This document shows positions 8,677 through 17,262 of a DNA stretch of 64,000 nt, piece by piece. Within the stretch, counting starts at the first letter, position 1. Each line of letters begins with the position of its first letter. The DNA comes from a virus, in the IMG/VR virus record IMGVR_UViG_3300014501_000001, positions 49,097-113,096 of that record; one strand, written 5' to 3'. The position numbers and the translations under genes were made by a program. A model generated the notes under the pieces. The model was not told where the DNA came from. It worked only from the letters and a program-made list of their open reading frames with translations, and did no database searches.

Positions 8677-10024
8677 TGCATCCTGTAGGGCCGCCGCGCC
8701 GCGAGGCGCACGCGATAACCGCGAGAATTGCTGGAAAGCCCGTACCACATGCACATGCCACAACGTGGGGCGAAAGCCCGAGCGTGATGGCCTGAAAAAT
8801 GTGCATTAGGGGTAATCAGCAGCCGAGCCCGCCTGGACCGCGACACGCGGCACCGACGGGATGGTTCAGAGACTATGCACGCGGGTTCTGGTAATCTTTA
8901 ACGATGGAGATTAATAACGATGACTGGCAGATAATGGCCGGTCAGGAGCGGGAAGAGTTCATTCGGCGCTACGTGGCTGGCGAGGCCCTGACATCCCTCG
9001 CCAGGGAGTATCACCACGGGCCTGCCACGCTGAGGGCAATCCTCGTCAGCGTGGGGGTGCCAGTCCGGACAAGGCCCGGATACGCCAAGGGCAGGAAGTG
9101 GTCAGAAGCGCAGCGTGAAGCTCACAGGCGCACAACTAGCACCCCTGAGCACAGGCAGAAGATGCGCGCGATCATGCTGAAACGCCTCCCGGTCATGCGC
9201 GGAGCGGCGACGAACTCTCCGATCGAGCGCCGGATGCAAGATGCGCTCATGGCGGTCGGCATCGGCTTCACAACGCAGTCTGTCCTGCTGGACCGCTACC
9301 TGGTGGACATCGAGATCCACCAGGCACCCATCGTGATTGAGGCTGACGGCGCGCAGCACACACTGCGCATCCAGAAGGCCAAGGACGCCGAGCGCGACAC
9401 GGCTCTCACTGCCGCCGGGTACCGGGTTTTCCGGTTCACGGGCAGCGAGATCAATGCCGACGCCGTGCTGTGTGTCCGGCGTGTTATCGACGCTTGCTTC
9501 CTGGTTCCCGACCAGGAGCCCATCTATGAAATCCGCACGGCTTTCACTGGCGAACTCCACCCGCTCTGGAAGGGCGGCAAGCGGGAGTTCACCTGCGAGA
9601 TCTGCGGGGTCGTGTTCATGGCTCAGCCTGCGCACCGCAAGGGGCCGCACATCTACTGCAGCATGCAGTGCAATGGTGCAGCCAAGCGCGGCAAGACGGC
9701 GAGTGCTGAGACCCGTGCCAAGATCAGCGCCGCGAATAGGGGCAAGGAGCGCAAGCCCCCGCCACCGTTCACGGCCGAGCATCGCGCCAAGATCAGCGCA
9801 GGGCTTAAGGGCAGGCCAAAGACTGCGGAGCACGCCGCCAAGGTTGGTGCAGCGCAGGCTGGCAGGCCAAAGTCCGCCGAGACTCGGGCAAAGATCAGCG
9901 AAACGCTCAAGCGTCGAAACGCAAACCAGAACAAGATAGAGTCCGCTCTGCATGGAGACATGCAGAGGCCGGCAGAAATGACCGGCCCCGCCACCCTGTT
10001 CTGAGGGCGGCGAGTAACAACAGG
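8677..10024 (+). mobile_element. Group I intron 1 (1348 nt) with homing endonuclease in P8
   Basis: P1 GCCUUGCA/UGUAGGGC; P AATTGCTGGAAA 8726-8737; Q AATCAGCAGC 8814-8823; R TCAGAGACTA 8866-8875; P8 GTTCTGGT 8885-8892 with ACCAGAAC 9925-9932; S AAGATAGAGTCC 9933-9944; P9 with GAGA tetraloop; terminal G10024. Confidence 0.93.
8904..10004 (+). CDS. Intron-encoded homing endonuclease (HTH + DUF559/Vsr-like nuclease + Zn finger + NUMOD3 repeats)
   Basis: SPIE...VDI...IEADGAQH...KDAERD..L...GYRVFRF nuclease motif; CEIC...YCSMQC; repeated SAETRAKIS. Confidence 0.88.
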   Translation: MEINNDDWQIMAGQEREEFIRRYVAGEALTSLAREYHHGPATLRAILVSVGVPVRTRPGYAKGRKWSEAQREAHRRTTSTPEHRQKMRAIMLKRLPVMRGAATNSPIERRMQDALMAVGIGFTTQSVLLDRYLVDIEIHQAPIVIEADGAQHTLRIQKAKDAERDTALTAAGYRVFRFTGSEINADAVLCVRRVIDACFLVPDQEPIYEIRTAFTGELHPLWKGGKREFTCEICGVVFMAQPAHRKGPHIYCSMQCNGAAKRGKTASAETRAKISAANRGKERKPPPPFTAEHRAKISAGLKGRPKTAEHAAKVGAAQAGRPKSAETRAKISETLKRRNANQNKIESALHGDMQRPAEMTGPATLF

Positions 10025-10084
10025 TACCGTTTCTTCGGCATCAGCGAGCAGCTTTCCTGGCTCGCGCAGTTCGCAGGACAGGGT
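10025..10084 (+). CDS. Major capsid protein, 60-nt micro-exon 2 (YRFFGISEQLSWLAQFAGQG)
   Basis: Lies between the terminal G of intron 1 and the U10084-G10095 pair of intron 2 P1; joins both neighbouring exons in frame. Confidence 0.88.
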
Positions 10085-10359
10085 CAACTTAGAGGCCCCC
10101 TCGCAGGGTGACCTGCGAGTTCACTCGGCACCGTAACGGTGAACCCCGCCAAGCCAAGGGGAATACCGTGGAAACCTCGCACTACAGGGTTCCGTAGAGA
10201 GCAAGCGTGCCGCGCCTGTGTCATGGGACCTGCCCCGAGTGCATCAGGGGCAGCGGACCGCAGGCGAAGTTGTGCTCCGGGCTCGCGCGATGGAAAAGCG
10301 CGAGAGGCGTCCAGAAATGAGGCGCCCGGCCGTCCCCAGTGGCGGCAGGTAACAGTTCG
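10085..10359 (+). ncRNA. Group I intron 2 (275 nt, ORF-less)
   Basis: P1 GGGUC/GGCCC; P2 CTCGCAGG-GTGA-CCTGCGAG 10100-10119; P3 CGGCAC 10126-10131 with GTGCCG 10207-10212; P4 ACGGT/ACCGT; R CGTAGAGAGCA 10193-10203; S AAGTTGTGCTCC 10267-10278; terminal G10359. Confidence 0.88.
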
Positions 10360-11415
10360 TTCGAGGACATTGCCGGCCTGGCCAACCTGATCATGCTTCA
10401 GGAGGCCATGCTCGGAGAGGAATATCAGTTCATAGCGGGCACTTCCGCTCCGCTGGCCGTTCCCGCAGCACCGACCTGCACTGTCCGCACCGCCGGCTCC
10501 AATGAGACGGCGCTCAACACGAACATCACCGCGGTCAAGGTGGCCGCGACCAACTACTTCGGCTCGACCGCCGTCTCGGCGGCCTCGTCCACGTTCGCCG
10601 TGGCGTCCGGCCAGGTCGTGGATGTCACGATCGCCCCGGTCGCGGGCACGATGACCTACTCGATCTACGCCTTCACGTCCGGTTCCAGCTACTACCTGCT
10701 GGCATCGGGCGTCGGCGGCCAGAAGTACACCCTGCAGGGCTTCTCGTCCCTGCCGACCGCCGTCGTCCCCCCGGCTGCCGACACCGGCACCGGGAAGAAC
10801 ACCCGGATGGAAGGCGTCATCCCGACGCTCACCGGGGCGTCGGCCGCTGCGGGGGTCTACCCCAGCGGCTGGCAGGGCGGCTACGTCAACCAGTCCGTGG
10901 GAACCCACCTGTCCTACAACGCCATCTACACGGCGCTGGACAGCCTGTGGGAGTCCAACTCCAACTCACCGGGCGCATTCAAGGCGGACCCGCAGGAGAT
11001 CGTCGGCGACGGCGGCGACATCATGCGCCTGTCCAACGACGTGATCTCGGCGGGGACGGCGACGAACTACCGCCTGTTCCTGGAGCAGCAGGAAGTCGGG
11101 GGAATGCGCGTCGGCGGCGCCGTCAGCGAGTTCCAGAACCCGATCACCCGGTCCATCCTCAAGCTGGTCGTCCACCCCTGGTTCACGCAGGGCACGGCGG
11201 CCTTCATGACCTACCAGCCGCCGATGACCTACTCCCAGATCAGCAATGCCTGGGAAGCCCGAATGGTGCAAGATTACGCCAGTATTGCCTGGCCTGTCAT
11301 AGATGCGACCTTTAGGTTCTCAATCTTCTGGTATGGGGCCTTGATCGCGAATGCGCCATTCTTCTCCGGTTTGCTCCAGGGGCTCCAGATTAGTGACGTT
11401 ACGCCCTACTCCTGA
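10360..11415 (+). CDS. Major capsid protein, exon 3 (351 codons + stop)
   Basis: FEDIAGLANLIMLQEAMLGEE...; HK97-fold-type C-terminal motifs VHPWF, YASIAWP and APFFSGLLQGL. Confidence 0.9.
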   Translation, partial: FEDIAGLANLIMLQEAMLGEEYQFIAGTSAPLAVPAAPTCTVRTAGSNETALNTNITAVKVAATNYFGSTAVSAASSTFAVASGQVVDVTIAPVAGTMTYSIYAFTSGSSYYLLASGVGGQKYTLQGFSSLPTAVVPPAADTGTGKNTRMEGVIPTLTGASAAAGVYPSGWQGGYVNQSVGTHLSYNAIYTALDSLWESNSNSPGAFKADPQEIVGDGGDIMRLSNDVISAGTATNYRLFLEQQEVGGMRVGGAVSEFQNPITRSILKLVVHPWFTQGTAAFMTYQPPMTYSQISNAWEARMVQDYASIAWPVIDATFRFSIFWYGALIANAPFFSGLLQGLQISDVTPYS

Positions 11416-11580
11416 GCATTCATCCTGTTATGTCCGATTAGGACAGGCAGGGTAGCCGGAGTCTCACAGCGGTGCCGGGCCGGGCGCTCAGCAAGGGCGC
11501 CCGGCCCGAGCCCGCTCCCCAACTTCCCGCACTACCCGCAACAGGGCGGCCATGCCGCCAGTCACCACTACAGGAGGCGC

Positions 11581-11865
11581 ATGGCTCTCTTCGGGCCCGG
11601 ATCCGCAACCACCGTCAGCACCGTCGCGACCCAGGTTTACACGCCCACCTCGGGCGGGCTGCAGGTGAACCCGACCGTCATCAACCAGGGACCCAGCACG
11701 TTCGCGGTAGGAACGTCCTCGGTGACCTACGCCACGGGGCTGCTGGTGGCGCCGGGTGACCAGGTGACCCTGCAGGGGCTGGAGATCGCGATCTACGCGA
11801 TCTGCAACACGTCGAAGTCGTCGCTGGCCCTGGCGGGGCTGGCGACCGTGGAGTCGGTGGTCTGA
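11581..11865 (+). CDS. Small virion protein (possible capsid decoration)
   Basis: RBS AGGAGG; directly downstream of the capsid gene; beta-rich. Confidence 0.7.
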   Translation: MALFGPGSATTVSTVATQVYTPTSGGLQVNPTVINQGPSTFAVGTSSVTYATGLLVAPGDQVTLQGLEIAIYAICNTSKSSLALAGLATVESVV

Positions 11866-11974
11866 CCGGGCTCGCGGTTCCCGGCGGCGCATGGTCTCGC
11901 CCGCCGGGGCCGCGCGCCCTCGTCCTGTTCCTTCCTTTCCCCTGCCGGGTGAGTCCCGGAAGCATTGGAGATGC

Positions 11975-12442
11975 ATGTCGCTTGCCGGAAAGAACCTCGC
12001 GCCCGGGACGGTCAGCGAGACCGCGAATATCACGTTCTCGGGGAACGTGGTCATCAGCGCCCAGGGCGGCGCCCTCGACGTCCACGGGGCGACGGGCTTC
12101 ACCGCCGTTGCCCTGCAGGGCGGCGGGGCGCTGCCGACGATCACGGGGGTCACGCACTGCGTGGCGTCGGTGCCGAAGGGCCATGACCTGGGCGGGAACT
12201 TCACGCTCACCGTCGATGCCTCAGGGGTCGCGTCGGGGACGATCGCCACGGTCGTGTTCGGGACGGTGCTGCCTGCTGCCCCGGTGGCGGTGTACGCCAC
12301 CGCATACGACTCGACTACCAGCGTGAACGTGACCACGGTGACGGCGACCTCGCTGGCTACCACGGGGTTCACGGTGTCGAACTCGGGGTCGGTCGCACCC
12401 ACCCAGGTCATCAACGTGCAGTATTTCGTGGTCGCCGCCTAA
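11975..12442 (+). CDS. Virion protein resembling the C-terminal domain of the 664-2652 fibre
   Basis: RBS GGAG before ATG 11975; GHDLGGNFTLT resembles GTDLAFTFSIT in the fibre. Confidence 0.7.
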   Translation: MSLAGKNLAPGTVSETANITFSGNVVISAQGGALDVHGATGFTAVALQGGGALPTITGVTHCVASVPKGHDLGGNFTLTVDASGVASGTIATVVFGTVLPAAPVAVYATAYDSTTSVNVTTVTATSLATTGFTVSNSGSVAPTQVINVQYFVVAA

Positions 12443-12460
12443 CCGGACAAGGGGAACACA

Positions 12461-13600
12461 ATTCGCATACTCGCCCACAGTAACGCGCCATGGGAGAAAT
12501 CGGGCTACGGTACGCAAATCGCCCTGCTTGCCCAGCGGCTGCCGGAACTCGGCCACGAGGTCGTGCTGTCCGCGTTCCACGGGCTCGGCGGATCGCCGCT
12601 GGCGTGGAACGGGATCACGGTCCTGCCCGGCGCGTTCCCCGGTGACCCGTACGGCGCCGGGATCCTGCCGCAGCACCGGGCACGGCACGGCGCGGACCTG
12701 ATCATCACCCTGATGGACGTGTGGGTGCTGGACCCGGCACCGCTGAAAGGCCAGCCCCTCGCCTGCTGGATGCCATCCGACTCCGAGCCGCTCTCGTCAG
12801 TTGACAGGACGTTCCTGGACGCCTCCGGGGCCATCCCGATCGCGATGTCACGGTCAGGGGAGGCACGGCTCAAGGATGCGGGCTACTCGCCGCTCTACGT
12901 GCCGCACGGCATAGATGTCCAGTTGTTCTCGCCGTCGCCTATCCGGGAGGAGACCAGGGAGATCCTGGAGGCCACCGGGAAGTTCACGATCGGCATCAAC
13001 GCGAACAACAAGGACTCCTTCCGCAAGGGCATGTACGAGCAGATGGCCGCGTTCGCGAGGCTGCACGCGGCGCACCCGGACACGCTGCTGCTGATCCACG
13101 GCCTGGTCCACGAGGTCGGCTCGGTGGACCTGGCGCAGGTGACCCGCAACCTGGGGATTCAGGAGGCGGTGAAGTTCTGCGGGCAGTACGAGTACCTGAC
13201 CGGGATGATCACCAGCCAGCAGGTCGCGAACTGGTACGGGGCACTCGACCTGTACTCGCAGGCGAGCTTTGGCGAGGGCTTCGGGATCACGGCGCTGGAA
13301 GCGCAAGCGTGCGGCGTGCCTGTGGTCACAACCGACGCGGGGGCGATGGCGGAGATGTGCGGCGGCGGCTGGAAGGTCGCCGGGGAGAAGTTCTGGAACC
13401 CGGTGCACAACGCCTGCTGGACCCGCCCGTCGATCGCCGGCATCCACCGGGCGTATGAGCAGGCGTACCAGCGGGGCAAGGCGTACGAGGCCAAGAAGGC
13501 TAAGTGCGTCCCGTTCGCCGCGCAGTACGACGCTGACCGGGTGCTGAAAGAGCACTGGGCTCCCGCGCTCGCCGAGCTTGAGCGGAGGATCACGGCGTGA
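12461..13600 (+). CDS. Glycosyltransferase family 4 (GT-B); probable ATT start
   Basis: (M)RILAHSNAPWEKSGYGTQ N-terminus lies upstream of the track start; signature EGFGITALEAQACGVPVV. Confidence 0.9.
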   Translation: MRILAHSNAPWEKSGYGTQIALLAQRLPELGHEVVLSAFHGLGGSPLAWNGITVLPGAFPGDPYGAGILPQHRARHGADLIITLMDVWVLDPAPLKGQPLACWMPSDSEPLSSVDRTFLDASGAIPIAMSRSGEARLKDAGYSPLYVPHGIDVQLFSPSPIREETREILEATGKFTIGINANNKDSFRKGMYEQMAAFARLHAAHPDTLLLIHGLVHEVGSVDLAQVTRNLGIQEAVKFCGQYEYLTGMITSQQVANWYGALDLYSQASFGEGFGITALEAQACGVPVVTTDAGAMAEMCGGGWKVAGEKFWNPVHNACWTRPSIAGIHRAYEQAYQRGKAYEAKKAKCVPFAAQYDADRVLKEHWAPALAELERRITA

Positions 13601-13896
13601 GTGAGCGCGAACCCGAGGTCCACCTGCTCAAGGAGGACAGCGCCAAGCCGGGATTGCGGCACCTGCCCGAGGAACACGCGCCCGTTACCACGGTCGCCGC
13701 TGATCACCCTGTCGCCGTCCGGGAGCCGGGACGCTGCCAGGCATGCCATGCGTTCGCCCTGCTTGAGCGGCACTGGCCGGGCGGGATCCTGCTGCCGGGC
13801 CGCCACGTTGAGATCTGCGCTGCGTGCCGGGGTCTGGGTGACGAGGAGATCATGCGGAGGCTGCCGGACTGGAGACGGGACGGGGCGAGCACATGA
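13597..13896 (+). CDS. Hypothetical Cys-containing protein
   Basis: GTGA/ATGA overlaps with both neighbouring genes. Confidence 0.65.
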   Translation: MSEREPEVHLLKEDSAKPGLRHLPEEHAPVTTVAADHPVAVREPGRCQACHAFALLERHWPGGILLPGRHVEICAACRGLGDEEIMRRLPDWRRDGAST

Positions 13897-14780
13897 GGGT
13901 TCTCGTAACTGGGGGCGGGGGCTTCATCGGCCGCCACGCCTGTGACGCGCTGACGGCGGCCGGCCATTCGCCGCTGGTGCTCGACCGGCGGCGGGACCGC
14001 AACTGCGGGCATGACGTGATCCTCGGCGATGTCCGGGACGCGACGGCGGTCACGGAGGCGGTCGCGCACTGCGAGGGCGTCATCCACCTCGCCGGGGTGC
14101 TCGGGACGGCGGAGACGATCAGCAACCCGCGGCCGGCGGCGGAGGTCAACATCCTCGGCGGCCTGAACGTGGCCGAGGCATGCGCGCAGTACGGGGTGCC
14201 GCTGGTGAACATCGCGGTGGGGAACTGGTTCGAGTACAGCACCTACTCGGTCACCAAGAGCACCGTGGAGAGGTTCTGCGGGATGTACCGGCGGTACCGG
14301 GGCCTGCCCGTCGCGTCGGTGCGGGCCTTCAACGCCTACGGGCCGGGCCAGTCCGTCGCGGCGCCTTACGGCACGTCGAGGGTGCGGAAGATCATCCCGT
14401 CGTTCATCATGCGGGCACTGCACGGCGAGGCCATCGAGGTCTACGGCGACGGCTCCCAGGTGATGGACATGGTGTACGTCACCGATGTCGCCGCCGCGCT
14501 CGTCACCGCACTGGAGGGCCTCGCGGCCGGGTGCGTGCCGGATGAGCCACTGGAGGCGGGCACCGGGCGGGCGACGACCGTGGCGCAGATCGCGGAGATG
14601 ACCCGCGCCGAGGTGGAACGCCAGACCGGGGTCGCGGGCAAGGTGGGCTTCCTGCCGATGCGGCCAGGCGAGACCCCCGGCAGCGTCGTCCTCGCCAGCG
14701 CGGGCCTGCCCGGCTGCGTCCCGCTCGAGGACGGGCTCGCCCGGACGGTCACGCATTACCGGGAGGCGGCCGGGTGCTGA
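13893..14780 (+). CDS. NAD-dependent epimerase/dehydratase (extended SDR)
   Basis: VLVTGGGGFIG, VIHLAG, YSVTK, FNAYGPGQ, DMVYVTDVA. Confidence 0.93.
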   Translation: MRVLVTGGGGFIGRHACDALTAAGHSPLVLDRRRDRNCGHDVILGDVRDATAVTEAVAHCEGVIHLAGVLGTAETISNPRPAAEVNILGGLNVAEACAQYGVPLVNIAVGNWFEYSTYSVTKSTVERFCGMYRRYRGLPVASVRAFNAYGPGQSVAAPYGTSRVRKIIPSFIMRALHGEAIEVYGDGSQVMDMVYVTDVAAALVTALEGLAAGCVPDEPLEAGTGRATTVAQIAEMTRAEVERQTGVAGKVGFLPMRPGETPGSVVLASAGLPGCVPLEDGLARTVTHYREAAGC

Positions 14781-15451
14781 TCCACCGGATGTGGCTCGGC
14801 CCCCGCCCCATGCCGGCGCCGTTCCGCGGCTTCGGCAAGAGGTGGCAGGAGCTTAACCCCGGCGCGAAGGTCATCGAGTGGAGCTGGCACAACCTGCCGG
14901 AAGACCTCGCCAATGACGGCGTGCTGGAGGACATCCGGGGCCGCTGCACCAAAGGCGGCTCGATCGAGATGGCGGTCGCGCTCGCCGACGTGATCGCCTA
15001 CGACCTGGTGCGCAGGTTCGGCGGCACCTACGTGAACTGCGACATCCAGCCGCTGCGCCCCCTGTCCCTCCTCGGCGATGTCATTGCCACCCGGCCATGG
15101 GCGTCCTGGGAGAGCGATGAGGAATGGCGCGGGGTAGTCAACGCCGCGTTCGGCGGCCCGGCCGGCCACCCGTTCTGGGAGTCCGTGGTCACCGAGCTGC
15201 TGCCGCAGCGCTACTGGCGGATGAAGGCGGAGGGCAACGGCATCATCCCCGACGCGACCGGCAACGCGCTGATGGGCGAGGCGATGACAGCCCATCCCGG
15301 CGTCCTGCACGCCTTCCCCCGCGAGACGTTCAACCCGGTGCACTCCACCGAACTGGGGCTGCTGACGCCCTCGTGGATCCCCCCTCCCGGTGCCGTCGCG
15401 GTCCATTACTGGGATCACAAGCGGACCGGGCGGACCAACTACATCACCTGA
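14774..15451 (+). CDS. Glycosyltransferase family 32 (OCH1-like, DXD-type)
   Basis: IHRMWLG...W..LNPG, ADVIAY..V..FGGTYVNCDI, GHPFW, AVHYW. Confidence 0.85.
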   Translation: MLIHRMWLGPRPMPAPFRGFGKRWQELNPGAKVIEWSWHNLPEDLANDGVLEDIRGRCTKGGSIEMAVALADVIAYDLVRRFGGTYVNCDIQPLRPLSLLGDVIATRPWASWESDEEWRGVVNAAFGGPAGHPFWESVVTELLPQRYWRMKAEGNGIIPDATGNALMGEAMTAHPGVLHAFPRETFNPVHSTELGLLTPSWIPPPGAVAVHYWDHKRTGRTNYIT

Positions 15452-15502
15452 GAAAGAGGAAAGGAATCCCGCTGAAAGCGCTGGTCAAGCGGGCCTTTCC
15501 GC

Positions 15503-15579
15503 TAGAATGTACGTACAGAACCCCCGCGACGGCAGCCACCGCCCGGGGGTCATGGTCAACCTGTAGAAGGCAGGTCAAC
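15503..15579 (+). promoter_or_regulatory. -10 box TAGAAT plus two-hairpin leader of HNH gene
   Basis: TAGAAT at 15503-15508; hairpin at 15521-15549; an ACCTG/CAGGT stem encloses the RBS. Confidence 0.6.
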
Positions 15580-16323
15580 ATGTCTAGTGTTATTGATCTA
15601 ACCGGCCATGTCTACGGACGGCTCACTGTCCTGTTCCGGGCGCCCGATGGGGTCGGCTCAAAGGGGCGACGTCAGATCCAGTGGGTCTGCCAGTGTTCCT
15701 GCGGCAACATCTGCATCATCCAGAGAGGCTGCCTTCGCGACGGCCACACCAGGTCATGCGGTTGCATTTCCCGGGAGAGAAGCAATAGCACCACTCACGG
15801 CATGACCAAATCCCCGGAACATGTGGCCTGGCGGGCCATGAAGACGCGGTGCTTCAATCCGAATACCGCGAGCTGGCCCGACTACGGCGGCCGGGGCATC
15901 ACGGTGTGCCCGCAGTGGCGCAACTCGTTTGAGCAGTTCTATGCAGACATGGGTCCGCATCCGGGGCCGGAATACTCCCTTGACCGCATCGACAACGACG
16001 GCGATTACGAGCCGGGTAACTGCCGCTGGGCGACCGCGTCGGAGCAGGCCTTCAACAGGACCTACCGCAAGCCTCGCATCTGCCAATGCGCATGCAATCG
16101 GGGCGAAGGGCAATGCGGCAGGAAAAACCGAAGGGGCGAAGAGTCGGTGAACGGCTCTGGACTTGGCGGAATGACAGGCGGTCACGGGGACCAGACCTAC
16201 CGCGAGGGACGGGCGCTCCTCGGCCCCGAGGGCATGGCCGGCGACTTCGGCGCCCACTACGGCCAGATCCAGGCGGACGCGGAAATCATCCGGGGACTGC
16301 TGAACGGGGGAAACGGGACTTGA
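15580..16323 (+). CDS. Free-standing HNH homing endonuclease, reading in frame into a probable separate gene starting at GTG 16147
   Basis: DLTGHVYGRLTV, WVCQCSCG, SCGC, YGGRGITVC, SLDRIDNDGDYEPGNCRWAT. Confidence 0.85.
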   Translation: MSSVIDLTGHVYGRLTVLFRAPDGVGSKGRRQIQWVCQCSCGNICIIQRGCLRDGHTRSCGCISRERSNSTTHGMTKSPEHVAWRAMKTRCFNPNTASWPDYGGRGITVCPQWRNSFEQFYADMGPHPGPEYSLDRIDNDGDYEPGNCRWATASEQAFNRTYRKPRICQCACNRGEGQCGRKNRRGEESVNGSGLGGMTGGHGDQTYREGRALLGPEGMAGDFGAHYGQIQADAEIIRGLLNGGNGT

Positions 16324-16598
16324 GCAAGCGCGTAAATCTGCCCCCTGGCTGCATCGGATTCACTTCCGCTGACGGCACCAAGTCACCCGAGGTCAGGCAG
16401 GGCTCGTCGGTGACCATCTCCGACGAGCACGCTGACCGCCTCCGCAAGTCCGCTCATACATCCATCGGGATGATCACCGTGGATCCGGGGACCGTGATCG
16501 GCACCAAGGGCGGACGGGTGTGCGCCTCTTGCCGGCGGACGTGGCAGGTCTGGAGCGATTTCTGCCCTAGGTGCGGCCGGCCTACTGAGCCCGAGTAA
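16320..16598 (+). CDS. Hypothetical protein with C-terminal zinc ribbon
   Basis: TTG start overlaps the upstream stop; CASC...CPRCG. Confidence 0.7.
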   Translation: MSKRVNLPPGCIGFTSADGTKSPEVRQGSSVTISDEHADRLRKSAHTSIGMITVDPGTVIGTKGGRVCASCRRTWQVWSDFCPRCGRPTEPE

Positions 16599-16623
16599 TC
16601 CCACCACCACCGAAAGGAATGCC

Positions 16624-17262
16624 ATGACAGTTTATGCCGCCTCCAGTTTGGACGCGGTTGTCCTCGGCCCGGCTCACGGAGGCTGCTCGGTTCTGCATAG
16701 CCGACCCGTTGAGAACGGTGCACCCGTCAAGCTCTGGGCACTGACCTGCCCTCAGTGCGAGGACCACCTGCGTCACGACCCCTTGTGGTCGGGCACCATC
16801 AACGAACTTCCCGAGACCTACGACGAGCAGATCGAGCGCGAGCGCCGCGAGAAGAACGCCTCCGCCGAGCAGGAGAAAGCCCTCGGGAACCTCCCCGGCA
16901 ACCTGGCGGGAGCCCTCGGCCCGGCCCTCGCGGCGGCCCTGGCGCCCCTCCTGGGGCTCGCGCAGGCGCAGTCAGTCTCCTGCACTGCGGGCCACCCGAA
17001 CACGGCGGGCGTGAAGTTCTGCGGGGAATGCGGCTCCCCGATGGGCTCCCTCCCCGGTGCCGTTGTCCCTGATGCGTCCCAGGCGGCGCTGAGCGGCCCG
17101 CAGAGGCCCGCCACGGCCCCGAAGGCTGCCGGACGGGTGAAGCCCTTGAAGGACTGGCGCGCTGACGACCTGCGCGCCGAGGCGAGGCGGCTGGGACTGC
17201 CGGCGGACGGTGACAGGGCTGCCCTGATCGGCCGTATCAAGGGCGCGAAGGTGGCGGCGTGA
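16624..17262 (+). CDS. Zinc-ribbon/SAP-like domain protein
   Basis: RBS GAAAGGA; KFCGECG; C-terminal DLRAEARRLGLPADGDRAALIGRI. Confidence 0.75.
   Translation: MTVYAASSLDAVVLGPAHGGCSVLHSRPVENGAPVKLWALTCPQCEDHLRHDPLWSGTINELPETYDEQIERERREKNASAEQEKALGNLPGNLAGALGPALAAALAPLLGLAQAQSVSCTAGHPNTAGVKFCGECGSPMGSLPGAVVPDASQAALSGPQRPATAPKAAGRVKPLKDWRADDLRAEARRLGLPADGDRAALIGRIKGAKVAA

Noticed and set aside
10339-10359. GTG start for an independent 358-aa gene
   Set aside because: No RBS; these bases are the 3' end of intron 2, and the frame joins exon 2.
8677-10359. Intein or group II intron in the capsid gene
   Set aside because: In-frame stops, no intein terminal residues, no reverse transcriptase or GUGYG start; group I core elements are present instead.
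11476-11510. GC-rich hairpin after the capsid gene as an intrinsic terminator
   Set aside because: Strong stem but no U-tract; it may be a stability or attenuation element, but support is insufficient.
15124-15471. Long N-terminal extension of the HNH ORF in the track
   Set aside because: It overlaps the GT32 gene out of frame; the HNH domain starts at ATG 15580 with its own leader.
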